Shown: positions 60,069 through 64,000 of the stretch, in pieces
Layout of the letters: the number at the start of each line of letters is the position of its first letter
How positions within the stretch are numbered: the first letter of the stretch is position 1
From: an uncultured bacterium
Lineage (GTDB): Bacteria > Patescibacteriota > Minisyncoccia > Phycocordibacterales > PALSA-1337
DNA: 64,000 bases
Assembly: GCA_963701025.1 (NCBI GenBank)
Contig: OY969557.1
Location: 36,849-100,848 of the forward strand
Direction: 5' to 3'
The notes under the pieces: model-generated
What the model saw: the letters and a program-made list of their open reading frames with translations, nothing else
What the model was told of the DNA's origin: nothing
The model's database searches: none
Made by a program: the position numbers and the translations under genes

Positions 60069-60773
60069 ATGCACTATAAGTCAATAGAGCGCAAAGACAC
60101 AGATTTTGCTACCATAAGCCGCATGATCATCACTTTTCTCGGAGGCGAATCATTCAAGGTCTCGTTCGGCGATACGACGCTCGCTTTCAATCCCATTTCC
60201 AAGGATTCAAAATTGGCTACCGCCAAGTTCGGCGCGGACATCGTCCTTTCGAGCATCAATCATCCGGACATGAACGGCGTAGACCAAGTGTCATTCGGCG
60301 AGAAGAAGGCCTTCGCCGTGACCGGCCCGGGCGAATATGAGGTTAAGGGAGTCTTCATCAAGGGTTTCGGTTCGGAGTCGCACTATGACGGATCCGTCAA
60401 AGCGAGCGGTGAGAAGCGCATTAACACTATCTATTCGGTCTCGCTCGAAGGCATGAACATTTGTTTCCTCGGCGCGCTCGACCAGATCGAGCTTCCCAAG
60501 GATGCCGACGAGGGTCTCGACGGCGTGGATATATTGTTCGTGCCTATCGGCGGCAATGGTGTCCTCGACCCGGCTAAGGCCTATAAACTAGCAGTATCGC
60601 TCGAGCCGAAACTCATCATTCCCATGCATTACGGCGACATCGGCGGCAAAGACGCCTTGAAGGCCTTCCTCAAAGAAGCCGGCGAGAATCCCAAGCCGGT
60701 GACCAAGCTGACCCTGAAGAGGAAAGACCTCGAAGGCAAGGATGCCGAGGTTGCAGTCCTCGAGAAAGAGTAG
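60069..60773 (+). CDS. MBL-fold metal-dependent hydrolase (Lactamase_B_3 / UlaG-like)
   Basis: TFLGGESFKV...GDTTLAFNP...DILFVPIGG...LIIPMHY. Confidence 0.65.
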   Translation: MHYKSIERKDTDFATISRMIITFLGGESFKVSFGDTTLAFNPISKDSKLATAKFGADIVLSSINHPDMNGVDQVSFGEKKAFAVTGPGEYEVKGVFIKGFGSESHYDGSVKASGEKRINTIYSVSLEGMNICFLGALDQIELPKDADEGLDGVDILFVPIGGNGVLDPAKAYKLAVSLEPKLIIPMHYGDIGGKDALKAFLKEAGENPKPVTKLTLKRKDLEGKDAEVAVLEKE

Positions 60774-60785
60774 TATAATGTCGCC

Positions 60786-61079
60786 ATGACTATCCAATCA
60801 TATTTGGAAACTCTCCGCGCCAAGCCCGAGGGCGCTCGTAAGCAGATCGCTTTCTGGTCGTCGTTCGGCATAACCGCCATCATCTTCGTCTTCTGGCTGG
60901 CGTCATTCAATGTCTTCGGCGCCGCCGGAACGACCGTTGCCCAGGCGGTTAATAAAGCCGGCACCCCGTCGCAGTCCCTCATCGCCAGCGTCGGCGGATT
61001 CTTCGGCGATATCAAGGATCTCTTCTTCGCCCCGCGCAAAGTGACGTATACCGATATACAGGTAAGTCCTGGGAAGTAA
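60786..61079 (+). CDS. hypothetical small membrane protein
   Basis: 97 aa, one TM helix. Confidence 0.3.
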   Translation: MTIQSYLETLRAKPEGARKQIAFWSSFGITAIIFVFWLASFNVFGAAGTTVAQAVNKAGTPSQSLIASVGGFFGDIKDLFFAPRKVTYTDIQVSPGK

Positions 61080-61114
61080 GGAGCTCGGCGCCAATCGTGT
61101 AGCACTTTCTAGTT

Positions 61115-61399
61115 TTATATAACAGTAAGTTTCAGTCCCAGTCCGGCTGTTATTTTTTGCAGGAAAGAAAGTGTAGGGTTAGTTCTGCCGGATTCGAAGC
61201 GCGCGAGGGCCGATTGGGCTATACCAAGTTTCGCCGCTAATTGCTTTTGAGTGAGCTTCTTTTCGATGCGGGCTTTGGCCATGGCATGGTGTATCTTGAA
61301 TTCCAACTCAAGACTGTCGTAAGCTTTTTTATTTTCTGGGTCTGAAAGAAACTCTTTCATGAATTGTTTGTGTGTGGTGAATTGTTCGTGTGTTTTCAT
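61115..61399 (-). CDS. higA: HigA-like antitoxin (XRE-family HTH)
   Basis: LTQKQLAAKLGIAQSALARFESGRTNPTLSFLQKI. Confidence 0.7.
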   Translation of the reverse strand: MKTHEQFTTHKQFMKEFLSDPENKKAYDSLELEFKIHHAMAKARIEKKLTQKQLAAKLGIAQSALARFESGRTNPTLSFLQKITAGLGLKLTVI

Positions 61400-61428
61400 A
61401 GTGTTATCAGTATATCATATATGTTATA

Positions 61429-61746
61429 TCAAGCAATGTTAATAATCTCTTTTTGAACTTGTCTGGCATAATGAATGTCTCTAATATTTATTTTCCAGGC
61501 CTTTTTAACAAAACCGTGAATGATCCAAGCTCTATCTTTATGGAAGATATATAATATTCTTACTTTAACTTTTCCCTGAGTTCTCAATTCAAATAGACCC
61601 TTACCTAAACTCTTTGAGTCGGGCATATCCAGTAAATTCCCGTATTCTTCTAAGAGATTGATGGATCCTCTCGCACGGGAAGATGTAATATTGTCCAATT
61701 CATCTATAAATTTCTCTACTTTTTTGTTCCAATAAATGATTTCCAT
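61429..61746 (-). CDS. higB: HigB-like toxin (RelE/ParE superfamily, phage Gp49-like)
   Basis: GKGLFELRTQGKVKVRILYIFHKDRAWIIHGFVKKAWK matches the Gp49/HigB family. Toxin gene upstream of the antitoxin gene is the HigBA arrangement. AT-rich. Confidence 0.7.
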   Translation of the reverse strand: MEIIYWNKKVEKFIDELDNITSSRARGSINLLEEYGNLLDMPDSKSLGKGLFELRTQGKVKVRILYIFHKDRAWIIHGFVKKAWKINIRDIHYARQVQKEIINIA

Positions 61747-61859
61747 ACCTAGAGCGTATCAGGTCGAGATAAAGAAACGCTCAAAAAGTGATAAAGAAAA
61801 GCCTAATTTTCGATCAAAATTTGCCGAAGATCGATGGGGGGGCGCATGTTAGTGTGTAA

Positions 61860-61928
61860 GTAGGGGTGACGAAAAATTTTCGTCAATGGCTCAGAATATG
61901 GGTTGACGAGAAAAGTTCGTCACCCCCA
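61860..61928. repeat. ~70-bp structured repeat, copy B (about 90% identical to 26143-26210)
   Basis: Aligned by eye: gtaggggtgacgaaaaattttcgtcaatggctcagaatatgggttgacgagaaaagttcgtcaccccc. Confidence 0.7.
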
Positions 61929-61964
61929 GTGAGGAGGAGAGGAGCGTTCCCCCGGACACTTATC

Positions 61965-61991
61965 AAAAGTGACAAAAAAGTTGCCACTTTT
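61965..61991. repeat. palindromic motif AAAAGTGACAA-AAAAG-TTGCCACTTTT (motif family)
   Basis: Seen directly; it lies 37 bp after repeat copy B. Confidence 0.6.
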
Positions 61992-62526
61992 AAGGAGTGT
62001 AAAAGAGGTCTGTAGACAAAAAATGCGCCAACCAATTAAAGTTGGCACATTGTGATTGATGAGAGGGAATTCAATTTCCCAATCTGCCGAAGTAGAGCTG
62101 GCCACCCTTGGCAAAAACCGTGTAGGATATGTTGGTCCCAACGGTCAAGGTTTCCGGCGTCAAATCCTTGTCCAACTTGATGCCGTCCAAGGCGTAGACC
62201 TTCTCGTCCTTGTCGTAGACGAGAATACGGTGCTCGGTGATGGTGAGGGCTATAGGAGTGAAGGTGTGGCCCTCAAGATTTTGTTTCCAGGTGTATTTCT
62301 CTGGACACCCAGTGGCTTCCTTTCAAAAAGCCTTTAACCAGTGAGCTTTCAACGAGCTCTTTGTTTACTGCTGGCACCACCCTAACATATTACAATAATC
62401 TTGTCAACTCGCCTCCCGACCCAAATTTTGCTATAATTAGGTCACAATTAAGGATATGAAATTGGATAATTGAAGGGTTATTTTGTAATCTTTCAATTTT
62501 CAATTTTAATTTTTCAATTCTTACCC

Positions 62527-64000
62527 ATGCCCAAGAAGCGCGATAAAACAGAAGATTCCGCCGAATCCGCGCCAGTCCGCCCCGAAGGCGCCGGCATCAT
62601 CAGTCGCTCTATCACTACCGAGATGCGCGAGTCTTTCCTCGACTATGCCATGTCGGTCATCACCGACCGCGCACTGCCGGACGTTCGCGACGGCTTAAAA
62701 CCCGTGCATCGCCGCATCCTCTATGCCATGCACGAAGCCGGCTTGACGGCATCGTCCAAATTCCGCAAGTCAGCCGTGCCGGTAGCCGACACTATGGGCA
62801 ATTATCACCCGCACGGCGACGTGGCCATTTATGATTCATTGGTAAAGATGGCCCAGCCGTTCACTATGCGCTATCCGTTGGTCCAGGGCCAGGGTAACTT
62901 CGGTACCGTTGACGGAGATCCGCCGGCCGCCATGCGTTATACGGAAGCTCGCATGTCCCGTCTGACTGCCGAGGTCTTGCGCGACATAGACAAGGATACG
63001 GTTGATTTCAGTCCGAACTACGACGGTAGCAAAAAAGAGCCGTCGGTATTGCCGACCGCCGTGCCGAATCTGCTTTTGAACGGCACGCTCGGCATCGCCG
63101 TCGGCATGGCCACAAATATCCCGCCGCACAACTTACGCGAAGTCATCGATGCCACCGTCCACCTCGTGGATAACTCCGACGCCACCACCGAAGACCTGCT
63201 CGGCTTCATCAAAGGTCCCGACTTTCCTCTGGGCGCCGTCATGTACGGCGAGAAGGACATCCATCACGCCTATGCCACCGGCCGCGGCGGCATCGTCGTG
63301 CGCGGCGAAGCCGAGATCACCGAAGACAAGAAGGGCCAATACCAGATCGTCATCACTTCCATCCCGTTCCGGGTGAACAAGAGCGAGCTCATCATGAAGA
63401 TAGCCGACCTCGTTCGCGAGAAGACCATCGAAGGCGTCAAAGCCCTGCGCGACGAATCCGACAAGGATATCCGCATAGTCATAGACCTGAAGCAGGGCTC
63501 ATTCCCGGAGAAGGTCCTCAATCTAATCTATAAGCACACCCAGCTCGAGGAATCGTTCCACATGAATATCGTGGCCCTGGTCCACGGCGTGCCTCAAACT
63601 CTCGGTCTGAAGTCTATTCTGGAAGAATTCGTCAAGCATCGCATCGATGTCATCCGCCGCAGAACCAAGTTCGACCTCAATGCGGCCGAAGCGCGCGAGC
63701 ACATTCTGCTGGGCTTAAAGAAGGCCCTTGACCATATAGACGAGATCATCACGCTCATCCGCGCCTCCAAGGATGTCGCCGAAGCCCATGCCGGCTTGAT
63801 GAAGAAGTTCAAGTTCAGCGATCTGCAGGCTACGGCCATCCTGGAGATGCGCCTGTCCAAGCTCGCCGGCCTCGAGCGCAAGAAAGTCCTCGATGAACTG
63901 AAAGAAGTCCAGGCTCTCATAGAAGAATTGAAGAGCATCCTCGGCTCCGAAAAGAAAGTCCGCGGCATCATCAAGACCGAGCTTGCCGATATCACGCGCC
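62527..64000 (+). CDS. gyrA: DNA gyrase subunit A, 3'-truncated by window end
   Basis: [11 protein letters not shown]...[29 protein letters not shown]...GNYHPHGD...QGNFGSxD-type motifs. It runs to the window edge, so it is absent from the ORF track. Confidence 0.9.
   Translation, partial: MPKKRDKTEDSAESAPVRPEGAGIISRSITTEMRESFLDYAMSVITDRALPDVRDGLKPVHRRILYAMHEAGLTASSKFRKSAVPVADTMGNYHPHGDVAIYDSLVKMAQPFTMRYPLVQGQGNFGTVDGDPPAAMRYTEARMSRLTAEVLRDIDKDTVDFSPNYDGSKKEPSVLPTAVPNLLLNGTLGIAVGMATNIPPHNLREVIDATVHLVDNSDATTEDLLGFIKGPDFPLGAVMYGEKDIHHAYATGRGGIVVRGEAEITEDKKGQYQIVITSIPFRVNKSELIMKIADLVREKTIEGVKALRDESDKDIRIVIDLKQGSFPEKVLNLIYKHTQLEESFHMNIVALVHGVPQTLGLKSILEEFVKHRIDVIRRRTKFDLNAAEAREHILLGLKKALDHIDEIITLIRASKDVAEAHAGLMKKFKFSDLQATAILEMRLSKLAGLERKKVLDELKEVQALIEELKSILGSEKKVRGIIKTELADITR

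Overview
This 64-kb window looks like a GC-rich small-genome bacterium with CPR/Patescibacteria-like features, but that lineage call is a guess. It has compact operons, many overlapping stop/start junctions, and a minimal pyruvate kinase. Most of the window is core housekeeping. Core metabolism and nucleotide genes present are pyrD, a class-II ribonucleotide reductase, eno, gpmI, RNase P RNA and trxB. Translation genes are rpmE, prfA, rpsB, tsf, pheS, tsaD, ybeY, rpsU, a HisRS-like protein, lepB, pth and rpsA. DNA topology and division genes are gyrB, a partial gyrA at the 3' edge, ftsA and ftsZ. There are five tRNAs. AT-rich accessory insertions interrupt this core. The first is at the window start: a partial ParB-like nuclease gene, an IS30-family transposase and an LCM/TcmP-type methyltransferase. 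The second is a strongly AT-rich two-gene module (55.2-57.1 kb) encoding an OLD/ABC-type ATPase plus an RloB-type TOPRIM protein; it resembles AbiL/RloAB/PARIS anti-phage systems and is the best candidate defence system here. The third is a HigB/HigA toxin-antitoxin pair, and the fourth is a low-GC Ser/Thr-rich surface-protein gene next to tRNA-Val. A Fur-family regulator, a nicotianamine-synthase-like gene, a His-rich COG0523 GTPase and a divergent YibE/F permease form a probable zinc/metallophore locus. Several genes carry apparent frameshifts, so either the assembly has indel errors or genes are decaying: lepA has at least four plus a tandem-repeat expansion, murJ has one, gpmI has one at an A6 tract, and a methyltransferase has an internal deletion. 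A family of short palindromic intergenic motifs (GTGNCAA-AAAAG-TTGNCAC) and a duplicated ~70-bp structured repeat recur across the window.
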